From the human T2T-CHM13v2.0 reference genome, Homo sapiens: DNA of 64,000 nucleotides. The notes below the pieces were generated by a model. The model did no database searches, had not been told where the DNA came from, and saw only the letters and a program-made list of their open reading frames with translations. Where the stretch lies: assembly GCF_009914755.1 (NCBI RefSeq), contig NC_060937.1. One strand, given 5' to 3'. A program made the translations under genes and the position numbers. Positions 1 through 17,870 of this stretch are shown piece by piece (positions within the stretch are counted from its first letter, which is position 1; each line of letters begins with the position of its first letter).

Positions 1-418
1 CTCCATCTCTCCTCTAAAACTGTTCTTATTCCTTTCATTTCTAGGCAATTGGGATCCAAATTTAGCAATTGCCTCTATGTCTAATTCTTATTTACTACCT
101 GCTTTTTAAATTGTTGTCTGTAAGGCCATCCTAACGGGCATTTTTGATAGGAAATTTTTTTTCTTTTTTTAAGCAAAACTATACTGAGTATATCCTCTAT
201 TTAAGTTTCACTGGTAGTTGTAGAGGGTTTATAAAAAGATATGCAAGTGCCCTCAAATGTGTAGCTTTTTTTTTTTCTAACTGAAATGGGAGGTTAAATT
301 TTTGTATGTGAAATATATAGTACATAAAACAAACATGTATAGCATCATATCATGTATAGCTTATTATATACGAAACAGAAGAGGCAAAATAAGTACTTTA
401 TAAATTCAAATCAGGTAT

Positions 419-820
419 TGATGGCAGCGGCGGCCTGTCTGGGATGGCCACTACCATGATGCCGGCTGCAGTGGGGGAGGTGCTGCTGGGGCTGTCACTT
501 CACGGAGCCTGTGGGGGCCAGAAGCAGGCAGGAGCCCCAACTTCTCGGGCACAGCTGCAGCCGCCCAAGTTGGTGCTGCAGACCCAGGCCTCCCTGTGCT
601 CTTGGGGGCTGGAAGCAGGCAGGAGCCCTGCTCTCCCGGGTACAGCTGTAGGCTCAGAAATGTCTGCTCCCACTGCCTGGCCTCTCCCTGCTCCCTGTAC
701 CCACTCTGATCTTGGAGCGAGGTTAAGGCCAAGCCCAGGTGCTGTTGGAGCCCATCTGGGTGTGTACACACTCGGGGCAGCACTGACACCCCAGCCCTCT
801 GCCGCCTTGACCCCCTCACA
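419..820 (+). mobile_element. MER52-type ERV1 LTR, 5' fragment (GC-rich)
   Basis: Starts tgatggcagcggcggcctgtctgg and contains the repeated gcaggcaggagccc and gctgcagccgcccaa blocks typical of MER52. Explains the overlapping ORFs at 444-921. Confidence 0.75.
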
Positions 821-889
821 GAGCAGATAATTCTAATTTTAATAAAGTCTAGCTTATGAAATAAAGACAGGAAAGAAAATTTAGTGTGC

Positions 890-1105
890 AGACCAAGATA
901 TGCTGTAATGTAAAGACACACTGGATTTCAAATACTTACTATGAAAAAACTGTAAAATATCTTAATCATTTTTATATGGATTATATGCTGATGTGATAAT
1001 ATTTTTAATATGTTGGATTACATCTGTTTTTAAAATTAATTTCTGTTTCTGCCCCTTTTAATTCCATTAATGGCTCCAGTGGTATTTCAATTATATGTTG
1101 GACAG
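890..1105. mobile_element. MER33 (hAT-Charlie) fragment
   Basis: gatatgctgtaatgtaaagacacactggatttc...tgtaaaatatcttaat...gataatattt resembles MER33. Confidence 0.65.
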
Positions 1106-1849
1106 GAGACAAGAAAATCTTTTCAACAATATTTGACGCCAGGGTACTGTGGCTTTGTGCTTGCGGTGTGGTAGGAATGGGGTGGGGGTATCTTCAGCCT
1201 CCAAGTCACTGTAGAAAGGTCAGATGTTTGTTTCTCTCCTTCCTCTTCTTCCTGTTCCCCAAACACCATGCTCACAGTCCTTTGTGATGGTGTTGGGCCC
1301 TTGCCAGGTGGAAGATTTGAAACCACCCATCCTGAAGAGCATCCACTCCCTCCATTGCCAAGTGGCTGCAAGTTCTCTTCCTAGAATATAAAGAAAGGGG
1401 TTTCCTCGCTGCCACCAAGACTAGCCTGAGGCTGGCCTCCCAGGTCCAGGCATAAGAAGGAGCCTCTCTGTCTCCCTATCCTTCCTACAAAGGGCATTGG
1501 TGACACCACTTGAGATCTCAAATCAGGTTCGGGCTAGGATATCCTGACGGCTGCGGTGATCCCTTTAATACATTAAGCTACTTTAGTCCCATATTTATCT
1601 GAAACCTGCAGACAGATTGTGTCAGTAGATATATCCAGACTTAAGAACCTCATGAAATCCTAGCCTGCTGGGGTGGAAGGTAGCTATTGCTCATGGGCCT
1701 GGATTTTGTAATGTGAGCTGGCTCTGAGATAAAAACAAGAGAACCGTAACTGAAGGAAGACACCAGGGTCTGGGCAGATCAGGCTTTGGGAGACTCAAAG
1801 CTTAAACAATTTGAAGGATCTGCTTTAAGAAAATAACACACAAGTGTCT

Positions 1850-2185
1850 TTTATATATTTATTTATATTTATATTTATATATATTATATATTATATATAT
1901 AATATATATGATATATATGATATATATATTATCTTGCTCTGTAGCCCAGGCTGGAGGGCAGTGGCACCACCATAGCTCACCGTAACCTCAAACTCCTGGG
2001 CTCAAGTGATCCTCCTGCCTCAGCCTCCCCAGTAGCTAGGACTAGAGGTTCGCATCACCACACCTAGCTAATTTTTTGTTTTTGTAGAGACAAGGCCTCG
2101 CTATGTTGCCCAGGCTGATCTTGAACTCTTGGCCTCAAACAATCCACTCTGCTCGGCCTCCCAAAGCACTGGGTTACCATGCTCT
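1850..2185 (-). mobile_element. AluJ with a TA-rich microsatellite-derived tail
   Basis: Alu arms with AluJ diagnostics (ctcctgggctcaagtgatcctcc); tail at 1850-1930 is (TA)-rich. Confidence 0.85.
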
Positions 2186-2294
2186 GTCTATATTTTTTAA
2201 TTTTACAAAAATATCTGATCAAATGTACACATTTTTAGCTTGCCTCTGATACTATGGAAGGAGCCTGTGCAAGGGAGGGGCTGATTAGCTTCAC

Positions 2295-2715
2295 CACAGG
2301 GCACAGGGCTCCCCAGGCCAGCAGCAGCAGCAGCAGCTGAACTTGTTAGAAATGCCAGTTCTTAGGCCCCACCCTCCAGACCTATTTAATCAGAAACTCT
2401 AGAAGCCCAGAAATCTGAGTTTTCACAAGCCTTCCAGGTGGTTTCAATATCACTCAAGTTTGTGAACTAGTGACATAGTGGTTAAATGTGTGGACTCTGG
2501 AGTAAGGCTACCTGAGCTGGAAGCCTCATTTTGCTTTTTATTATATGGGTGACCTTGGCAAGTTAATCAACTGCTGTAAGCCTCAGTTTCACCATCTGTA
2601 GAATGGGGCAATAATAGCATTGATCTTAAGAGGTGGTTATATGGATTAAGTAAGATAATGTGTGTAGTGCTAAGCCTAGTGCCTGCCATGTTGTATGTGC
2701 TTAATAAATTATATA
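2295..2715. mobile_element. MER5A (about 2295-2472) followed by a MIR (about 2473-2715) whose tail is split by Tigger4
   Basis: MER5A core cttgttagaaatgc..aggccccacc..agacct..aatcagaaactct; MIR core gtgaccttggcaagtta..gcctcagtttc..catctgta. Confidence 0.75.
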
Positions 2716-5729
<3,014 letters not shown>

Positions 5730-6100
5730 CATTATTATTCTGCAGAGAGTGTATACGTAGTGTTGGAGGGAGGATGAAAAGGAGGGCAGATGTGGAAGTA
5801 AGAGGGGATCTTTGGGCACGATCAAAAAGTGGCTCAAATGTGATCAAGGTCTGCCATGAAGCCCTCCAAACTCCCTCTTTTTTAGGGTCCTGGGCCAACC
5901 TTCTAAATTGACAACATTAGTACAGCTAATTTAATGAAACTTACACAGTGGGAACTCATGGACCCCCTTGAAAATACAGTGAAAATTAGGGATGCCCCTC
6001 TAGAGGCATATATGCATATAACACACACACTAAATGACAGGCCACATCATGGAAGCACTGCAGCCCCAGTCTGGAGCCCCTGGTTAAGAAGTCTGAGGTA

Positions 6101-6539
<439 letters not shown>

Positions 6540-7602
6540 TCAAATGTTGCTTTCCAAATAAGTGCCTTTGACTGGGGGAATGTTAGGCATGGTGGCAAGG
6601 AATAAGATTGGGATAGGGGTGTATTTCAGCATCTTTCAAATCACATCCCAAAGCATTTTCCAGCTCTTCTTATCTGTAAGGGAAACTGCAGAAATGTTCA
6701 TTTTAAAGACATTCAAAATCCCAAAAAGACCATTTAGTGGCTGGAGATTATCTAGTGCTGATAAAAGCATAAATGTGGTTAAATCAGACAAACAGACAAG
6801 CCAGGATGTGTGTATGACATATTAATTTTCAGCCTGTTTCTGTCACTCTCCCTGAGCTTATGAGGTCTGTGACACATTTGTGTTGTATTTAGCTGTCACC
6901 CAGCTGCAATTTCCACCTTTCCTTGGAGTCACACTCTGGGTTGACTGGTTCAGAAAGAAATTCACTGTGACAGCTTTTGTGGCTGTGGGCATTTCAAATC
7001 CCTCTGATGATGTTACTTGGTTTGAAATCAGATTGGCAAGTAAACAACACCTTTCCCTGAACAGAAAGAGAGATAATTAGAACATACCGGATGGCAGGTA
7101 TCCAGGAACACAGAAAATTTCAAAGGGCTTTCTCTGATATTCTGAACGTTTATCCCCTCTAAGGGTACCAAGCAAAAGAGGTGGTAGGAGAGTGTGCCCG
7201 GGAACAGGGCAGCCCAGCCTGTCTGACCTCCAGCCTGTTGTGCACCAGGGCTGCCCTCAGGCTAGTTCACGGGAGGAAGGGTCAAATGTCAGGTGGTCAC
7301 TGGTCTAAGCAATGACAAAACAGGGAGAGAGGAGACAAATGAAGATGAGAACCATCACCTCCCTGCCCCTTACACTCACTAGGCAGGCTTCCATGGCCCA
7401 ATGATAACCTGAAATCGTCACTTCAGCCTCCCTGACCCTGTAGCTGCCACCCTCCCCGACCCTTCATCTTTCCTGACACTGACAGTGAGCCTCAGCCCCA
7501 CTGCCTTTGCTCCTATGTGCACTAAGTGCTCTCAGGTTAGCCCTGCATCTGTTCCTTCAGCACTTTGTGAGCAGAGACCTCCCACTCCGGACCATGCACA
7601 CA

Positions 7603-8652
<1,050 letters not shown>

Positions 8653-9556
8653 AGCAAGTTGCAGATCAAGCACAGAGACAGGAGACCACCCTGTACTTGT
8701 TCTCTTAGCCTTTTTTTGAAATGCTGGAGCAGCAGCTAGCTTGCCAAGTCCTAAGACTGTCTCTGATGGAGAGGGACTCCTTCAGCTATCCTCTGCCCGG
8801 GCCCCTTTCCCAGGAATAGCACTGACCATTGAGTCTAACACCAGCCTCTAGAAGAAAATGAAAGGGAAGGGGAATCTAGCTGAGGTGCTGGCCAGCCATG
8901 CTGGTAAGGTGCCTGGTTGGAGCTGCTGCATTGGAGCCACAGGTACCTTCGCTTCCTGACCATAAGCTAAGCCACTCGACCTTCAGAAGCTCTGGTTTCA
9001 TCATCCATAAGGTCTAACTCACAGGACTGTTGAGAGGACCAAATGAGATAGCACATGTGGCAGCGCCTAGCAGATAAAACGTGCCATTGCCCACCACCTC
9101 CATTTTCTTCATATTCTCCCAGGCGGTGGGAATGCAGACACTCAACTGCCAGTGGGCAGTTTGCGAGTGGGCCGTGGGGTGACAGCCAGGGCAGCCCACA
9201 GCCCCCCATGCAGACACAAGCCTGAGGGGTCCCCGGCCACCGCCTGGCCCTGCCTGTCTGCCCACTTTCCCCTCCACTTGTTTCGCTGCTCCCTGTTCAC
9301 CCTCTTCATCCTTCCCCATCTTTCAATGAGGAGGGGAGAAAGGAATGTGTTACTTACTACATACTATGGATTGTGCTCTGTGAGTTTCATTAACTAATTT
9401 AGTCTCAGTAAAATCACCATTTTATAGATGATGAAAAGGGTGTGGAGTTTGAGTAACTTGCTCCAAGCCACAGGGATAGCAGAGGTGGGACCAGGCTTTA
9501 CACTCTGGCAGGCTGACTCCAAATTCTCTGCTGTTAAACTTACTATTCTATCATTC

Positions 9557-9745
9557 AGTAGTTCTCAGAGTGTGGTCCCGGGACCAACAGTATCAGCATG
9601 ACCTAGGAAATTTTTAGAAATGCAAATTCCTGGGCCCCGCCCCCAGACTTACAGAAACTGAAGCTTTGGGGTGCGGCCCAGCCATCAATGTGTCCCCAAA
9701 CCCTCCAGGGGACTCTGAGCACACTGAAGTTTGAGAACCTCTCTC
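9557..9745. mobile_element. MER5A
   Basis: cagtagttctcagagtgtggtccc...ttagaaatgcaaattcctgggcccc...aagtttgagaacc with terminal inverted repeats. Confidence 0.85.
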
Positions 9746-10172
9746 CACTGTGTCTCCCAGCAAACCTGGTGTCCCATTGTTTTCTAAGTTGAAAAACTTA
9801 AAAAATGAAATCGGCTACAGCTGATAACATCTTGTTTTTAAGGGTATTGGTTGCAATTTGATGGAAAATATTGATGTGGAGGTAAAGAGTGAGGCTGGCT
9901 GGGAAAATACAGGCCTGTCTCCAGGTACTTGTTGAGAGGGGAAAAGAACCATAGGTGCCAGGGAGAAACCTGGGTCTCAAATGGGTCTCTTTCTCATTCC
10001 ACACTTTTGACCTGCTCACGCAAATATTTTCTTAAACCCTCTATTAGATTGCTGTCTCCCAGGCAAGGCCTTGATCATTAATAATGCAGTTCAGCACAAA
10101 AAGCCTGGAGATGCTCATTTTATTTTATGTTTATTCTGCTTCTTTCATTCCTCTTGACACAAAGGCCCACGC

Positions 10173-10209
<37 letters not shown>

Positions 10210-10789
10210 TACACTTATTACCCTTGATTCAACCTTATGTTTACAAAATCCATTTCTAAAAGTTTTTGAGCATTGGTGTTTCTCAGAGCTGTCATGTATG
10301 GATGCACAGGCTGTGCACTGCACAACTAGGAGGAGCCATTTACAGATGCAACTATGCACCTGGCCCCTGGAGTTGTGTGATGCTGCGGCTCTGCTGCTAG
10401 TGCTGCTGCCTCTCACCACCCTGACAGCTGACTTTCACTGTCAGTCTTCTGCCTTCCTTGTTGGCCTCACCTTCTCATCTAAGCCTTGCCTTCTTTTTCT
10501 CTTCCAAGCCTCTCCTGCTTCAAATTCTTGCCTCAGGACTGAGGGCTACCCGGCCCCTGCCTCACCCCCTGTCCCCAGGGGCCTCTCAGTCTATACAATG
10601 TTGAACTTGCCTGCTCAGGGCTCCACAGGCTCTGGATTTCCAAGATAGAGCAAAGTCTCCTGTGGGCTCTCTGGCTCTTCACCATTCTAAACTCCCCAGG
10701 GCAAGTAGGAAAAGTGAGACTGTCCCAGATAAAGCCACCAGGAGGTGATGTCTGGCTGCTACTAAATATTGTTAGTAAATGACGAGTTC

Positions 10790-11074
10790 CATTTATGTAT
10801 GTATTTATTTATTTAGAGCCTGGAGTGCAGTGGCATGGTTATGGCTCACTCTACCCTCAACCTCCTGTGTTCAAGCGATCCTCCCACCTCAGCCTCCAAA
10901 GTGTCTGGGACCACAGGCATGCACCACCATGCCTGGCTAATTTTCTTATTTTTTTGTAGAGCTGGGGTCTCACTATGTTGCCCTGGTTGGTTTTGAACTC
11001 CTGGGCTCAAGCCATCCTCTTGTCTTGGCCTCCCGAAGTGTTGGGATTACAGGTGTGGGCCACCACACCTGGCC
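10790..11074 (-). mobile_element. AluJ
   Basis: Alu dimer with a (TTTA)n tail. Confidence 0.9.
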
Positions 11075-11547
11075 AGAGTTCTTATGAGAAGCAAAAGCCT
11101 CCATGTGTCTGTATTATAAACATGAATGGACACCTGAGCAGCCCATGAGAAGCATATCTGGTCCTAGACAGTGTGAGGAAATGACAGTCGTGCCTACGGT
11201 GCCTTTGCTAATCCCATTCTGTGTGTGTGGTAAGGGGCTGGGCAGGAGAGGGGAGATGATCTTATATGAGAACAGCTGCTGCCTCTTAGAAGTTTGCTTC
11301 CTTGGCTTAACCTGGGAGCTCACGGCTCCCTTACGCATCTGTTTCACATTTATTTCTTGCGTACCTAGGGGTTGTCTGAGTGTTTGCTTTTGGAATTAGA
11401 GGAGAGAAAGTAAATAAAATATCAACTCTGGATATTATAGATCCTTTTGATTAGCATTTAAAACCCTTCAGCCATGTGTTCAGGGCTGATTCCCTCCATC
11501 CAGGGGCTAAGTGCTGGCCATCCACCATGTTTTAAAAAGCAGGAACC

Positions 11548-11860
11548 AGCCAGGCACAGTGGCTCATGCCTGTAATCCCAGCACTTTGGGAGACGAGAGC
11601 ATCACTTGAGGCCAGGAGTTTGAGACCAGCCTGGGCAACATAACCAGACCTCATCTCTACAAAAAAAATTTTGTTAATTAGCCAGATGTGGTGGTGTGCA
11701 CCTGTGCACCTGTAATTGCAGCTACTCAGGAGGCTGAGGATGGGGGATCTTTTGAGCTTGGGAGGTGGAGCCTATAGTGAGCCATGAACCATTATTATAC
11801 CACTGCGTTCCAACCTGGGCAGCAGAGGCCTGTCTCTAAAAATAATAATAATGATAAATA
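11548..11860 (+). mobile_element. AluJ (inverted relative to the Alu about 470 bp upstream)
   Basis: Alu dimer with an (AAT)n tail. Confidence 0.9.
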
Positions 11861-12167
11861 AGTAAAGTAAAGTGAAAATCAGAGACTTGCTTCTGTTATT
11901 TTCTCCAAGACAAGTTTACTGGTTCTAAAAGGCATTCTCAAAGAACCACCCTCTGGGGCCCCTCCCTATGTTTCTGTCTCTTCAATATAAATTCTTCCAT
12001 GGACAGAAAAGAATTTGGCTTTCAGTTTGGCTCTACTGACCAGTTCTGCGTCCTTAAGAAAACATTTAGGGTCTCTGAGCCGCTTGGTTTCATCCATTTA
12101 TTTTCCACCTATAACATGGAAATAATGAAAACAATTGCATTTGCCTCATGGGGTTGTTTAGAGGATG

Positions 12168-12360
12168 CCAGCAGACTTTTTCTGCAAGGGGCCAGATAGT
12201 AAATATTCTAAGCTTTGCAGGCCATAACAGTCTTTGTAGCAACTACTCAACTATGCCCTATTAGGGAAAGCCACCACAGACAATGCATCAAAGAATAGAG
12301 TTGGGTGTGTTCCAATAACAAAAACACGCAGCCAGCAGAAATTGGCCCACTGGTGGTAGC
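12168..12360. mobile_element. MER58A inserted in a MIR
   Basis: ggccagatagtaaatatt..gctttgcaggccata..gcaactactcaact..gtgttccaataa matches MER58A. Confidence 0.8.
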
Positions 12361-13019
12361 TAAATCAAGCAGATGACGCAAGAAATGTGTATGAAAGTAA
12401 ACTGTAAAGTGCCATCTAAAAGTGAGGGTGATGAGGTAAAGAGGCCACGCAACAGGCTCAGTGATACAGACTTGGTACAGACTGGACCTGTTAGCAGAAG
12501 CCTTGGTCTTTGTGCATACCCACCTCTCTTGAGAGCCTGGGAGAGGCGCAGTTGGGTCCAGGGGAGCTGGACGTGCTGGTCAGCAGGGGGATCTTCTTGC
12601 CCAGTGGTTTCCTTGTTCATGGAATAAGCATAAGAATGAACTTGAAGCTCAGGGCAAAAAGTGTCTACATGAAGGCACCAAATGATCTATCTGAGCTTTG
12701 GCACCAGCTGTTTACAGCCATGGTTGGGAAAGGCAGTGCCCACATCTGCAGACCTTGGGGGAAGTTGGATCGGTCCATCCTGCTGTGGAAAGAGGAGCTT
12801 CTAGTACCAGCCAGCTCAGGGGAGGCAACCAGGGAAGAGTCCCCAGGCCCTTTCCAGACAATCCTGCTAATTTCCACAGAAGATGACAGGACAATTTCAT
12901 GACCCCCAAAGGAGGCAGCATGAAGTCACGGAAAGATTAGGAGCTGTGGGGTGAGGTGGGCTCAGATCCCAGCCCCATTCCCAATCACCATACCATAAAG
13001 GTACAATCTTCAATGGCAG

Positions 13020-13402
13020 GTAACCACTGAGTAAAGCAGATTGCTTTTATGATAGGAATGGGCCTAGTCTAATCTGTTGAAGGCCTAAAGAGACCAAAAG
13101 GTGGAGAAAGAGAATTTGCTCTCTCTGCTTGACTGTCTTTGAGCTGGGACATCGATCTTCTCCTGCCTTTAGACTTGAACTCAGACTAAGACTTATACCA
13201 CTGGCTCTCCTGCTTCTCAGGCCTTTGGGCTTGGACTGAAACTGACACCACCGGCTCTCCTGGGCCTTCATCTTGCTGACTGCAGATCCTGGGACTTGCA
13301 AGCCTCCAAAGCCCTGCGAGCCAATGCCTTACGATAAATCCCTTTGTATAAAGGCTCCATCGCCTGTTGTTTCTGTTTCTCTGGAGAACCCAGACTGATA
13401 TA
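13020..13402 (+). mobile_element. MLT2 (ERVL) LTR
   Basis: tgagtaaagcagattg..aatctgttgaaggcct..gagctgggacatc..ttctctggagaacccagactgatata. Confidence 0.8.
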
Positions 13403-14105
13403 AGCAGCTAACATTCCTTGAGCTCTGATTTGCCAGACGCTGTGGTAAATGCTTGCCAAGCAATTCTCAGGTAACCCCTACCTCCGCCAGATGAGAGAAG
13501 CACCATTGTTCTTCTTCCCTCAGAGATGGTAATGACCTTTCCTAAAATCACCAAGGTAGTGAATAGTAGAACTGGAATTCGACACTAAATCTGCCTGACT
13601 CCAAAGTACATTATTCCATACCACTCTGGGCTCTCCATTTTACCGAAGCCCAAGGCACTGATCTCCCTTGAAACTGTCAGCCACCTCTACCCAGCTGCTG
13701 GCCCACAGTCCCACCTGCCCTTACAGCGCTCTGTAATTCATTGACTCACCAAGTGCTGAGCATGGACTAGTGTGCTCCGCCACGTGCAGGGCACTGGGTG
13801 TGTAGTAATGAGCAGTTGTACATAGCTCCTGCTCTCTCAGAGCCCACAAGAAGGAGTCCTTCCTTCAAGGGAAGAAGATGTTAGTTGCACAGGCAATTGC
13901 TGCCCATATGATAAGGGATGGAGTGATGTGGAAGTACAGAGCATAGGAAGCACAGAGCTATTTGGAGGAAGAACAGCTGCAGCGAAACCTAAAGAATGAG
14001 AAGGTGTTTAAGAGGCGAAGAATAGACTCTTTGGAGTCAAGAGGTGTATGAATGTGTTCAAGTGATGGTTTGTAATTCTATTAACTACAACATGCCCTTC
14101 TCTGT

Positions 14106-14108
<3 letters not shown>

Positions 14109-14152
<44 letters not shown>
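14109..14152. repeat. (TA)n microsatellite
   Basis: About 22 perfect AT units. Confidence 0.95.
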
Positions 14153-14156
<4 letters not shown>

Positions 14157-14934
14157 TTGTAGTTGATGTTGCTATGTAAAAATATTTTGTTAAGGCTCCT
14201 TTTCAGTAGTATAATCTACCTATATACATAATTTTTAAAAACCAGTATAAAATCCCAATTGTAATATAAAGGGGAAACAAAAGGAAAGTAGTTTCAGTAA
14301 AATAATCTGCATCTCCATATGCAATCGCTCAAGCATAACCACACTAGTGTAGTGAAGTAGACAGAAGTTAGCACCTCTCAGTGGAATTATAGTGAATGTG
14401 ATGGTCACGTGTTATGTTGGCAACTCAAATACCATGAGCAGCATTGCCAACATTGCTGTGAATTTCATAATGATTAACAACCTTGGTAATCATCCAAATA
14501 AAACAAACTATAAATCTTTCTTTGATTTACAGAGTTGTTGCATCCCTGGAAATCTTAGCTTGTGCAAAAAAACCAAAAACCAAAAAGCTTTGTGTTTATA
14601 TGTCCAATGGAGTTTGCACCCCTGTTTTACAGCCACCTGGGGCCCAGACAGGGACTGTGAGACTCAGATTATTATAACTAATTTTTCACCTATCTAATGT
14701 CTGTTGGGACATTCAAAATGATGCAGGTCATGGGATAATTCTTTTGTTGTGCTGGACTGCTTCGCTCTGGCCAATGTGGGACTTCCACGTTCTTCATGCC
14801 CAACGCACTCTATGTGGTAGCACCTCCTCCAATCAATGTGGCAAAGAGTCCCTCAGATTTTCCAGAGGGTCTTTTAGGAGTGGTAACTGCCCCCCTTAGA
14901 GAAACACCAAGCTAAGGAAGCTCTGAAGCAAAGG

Positions 14935-15510
<576 letters not shown>

Positions 15511-17689
15511 AAAGTATCTGGTCCCTTTCTTCAGCACAGGGCTTCTTTTTGAACACTCAGTTTCCCAGAACTTTTATACTTAGGAAAACACAGACTCAGG
15601 TTTTCTAGACAGGTACTTGGAAACCAACCCACAGACTGTGATCCCAAGATGCAGCGGACACACCGTTCACAGCCAGCCACAAAGCAGCGAATGCAGGGCT
15701 ACATCACACTGCCAGCTCCCTGCTCCTAGTCACAGAGCCGTGCCGAGTCACAATTAACTGCTGATAACCACACACGGCTGAGTGCTGGCTGCAAATTGAA
15801 GGCCCCCTTGAAAATGCTGGAAACAGATGTTCTGTAGACTCTGACCTCTCATCATTAATTTTAGAATTTAAATGCCTGTTAATTTCCCCCCTTTTATTGC
15901 TGAGCTCCACACAGCAGCATGCTCAATGTCAATGGGAGCATCCGTTGGGGGCATTCCATCTATCAAATCTGAAGGTCACTGGAAATCTGGGAGCTCAGAG
16001 GAGGAAAGAAGGACCAGGAGCAAGGAGAGGGGGCCCTTGGGCACACAGGGTGAGGCTGAGAAGAGGCTCCTCTGGCTACAACTGAAGCCTGAGCAGAGGA
16101 GATGAGCACCCACCTACCTGCCCTTGTCCAGTGCATAGAGAAAAGAAGGGGTTTGGGGAGGAAACATAGGTGAGTGTGAGAAAAATCAAAAGCAGTGATC
16201 TGAGGGAGTCTCACTCACTCCCCACATCTGACACCTTCCTTTTGCCATCTGATGACCTAAAGTGGCTTATCGGGAGCTAGTACCCAGAGAGAGACAACAC
16301 ACAGACTTTGGAGTCAGAAAGACCAGGTTCAAGTTCTGTTCCTCTTACTTTCTAGCTGAGAGACATTGGGCACGCACATACACTGAGCCTCTGGTGGCTT
16401 GGGTCAGGAATGGGGATAAGGTCGCTCATTCAGCTTTATGAGAAGGTCACAGTATGATGATAGATATAGTGCCTATATCTATCTATCGATAGATATATCT
16501 ATCTATCGATAGATAGATATAGCTTGGTACACAGCAGGGACTTAATAAATACCCATTCATTCTCCCTTTATCGCCTATTCTCAATGCCATAGTTGATGAG
16601 GATGATAGAATTTACAGTGGCTGGTGATGATGACTTTAGAGGTCTCCCAGAACCATCCTCCAGGAAATGGAAGATGTTTTGAGCCCAAAACTTTTAGGGG
16701 AAGAATCAAAGCAACCTCCTTATTAGACCAGAGACTGACTCCAGCACTCCATCACGGGGCCTAGCCTGCTGGCCGGCTCAGGAACATTTCATGCCGGCCC
16801 CTGCTAGGTGGCCCTGAGGGAGATGGGTTCTTGATCATTCAGTTCCCCCAAGCTCCCCAGCCACAAGATCACCCCTTCCCACAATGAAATCACTTCTCAT
16901 TTCAGGCCTCCAGGGCTTTCTTTTCTTTAAATGGTTTGCTAAAGTGCCCTAGATTGGGGTTGAGATTTCAGCCAATTTTTGTGAAGAAACATGATTACAC
17001 TTTGTCAGTACTTCGGAGAAAACAGTTTCCTTCACAAAAGGAGGACCTCTAGGGCTTTTAACTTTACGTCTATAAGAAAGAAAAAAAATCCCTCAGGAGC
17101 CTATGGAGTCTCAGGCAAAGCTCCAGAAAGCACCTCAACTTTACATTGTCATTTTTACCCTTGGAATTTGACCCGCTTCCTGGGGAGGACAATCACTGCA
17201 TCAGAGAGACCACCGAATCCCAGTCAGCCCTGAGAGCTGCTCCCCAGCCCGGGTGGGGAGAGCCTGCCAGTGCTGTTGGCAAGATGACCTGACTGCATGG
17301 ACCTTGGGTCACCTTTCCTGCCTTCTCCATTATGGATGAGGTCATTTTCCTCTATGGAACTGAAGCCAGAGTAATAGCAGTTGTTAGAACCCATGCCCTC
17401 TACCCTTGCCCTGCAACTGTGGTCCTGCTTTTAGTGTTTGCACCCCTGTTTACAGCCATCTTTGGCCCAGACAGGGACATGAGGCCAGCATCTCCAGGAT
17501 TTGTAGGAAATGATCTGCCTTCCTCCACTGCCAAATACTAAGTCTCCTCAGATTCCTTACTGGCCAGGAGGCTGATAGGCAGACGGATAGGAACCCAGTC
17601 TTTTTCCTCTCTGTTTGCTGAGATCTGTTTTAAGATTGACAACCCATTCAAAAATATCTCATCACTGCTCTGTGTCCTGATTAGTACTC

Positions 17690-17870
17690 TACACACACAC
17701 GTGCACGTTCACTCCCACACACATGCACACACACACATGCATACATTCATTCCCACACGCATGCACACACATGCACACGTGCATTCCCACACACATGCAC
17801 ACACATGCATACATGCATTCCCACACACATGCACACAGGCACATGCATATGCACATGTATACATACATAT
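17690..17870. repeat. CA-rich minisatellite, about 34-bp unit cattcccacacacatgcacacacatgcatacatg in about 4 copies
   Basis: Recurrent tcccacac anchors separated by alternating purine-pyrimidine runs. Confidence 0.85.

Noticed and set aside
444-921. Overlapping 128-156 aa ORFs in a GC-rich island
   Set aside because: Explained by a MER52 LTR fragment; not a CpG-island gene.
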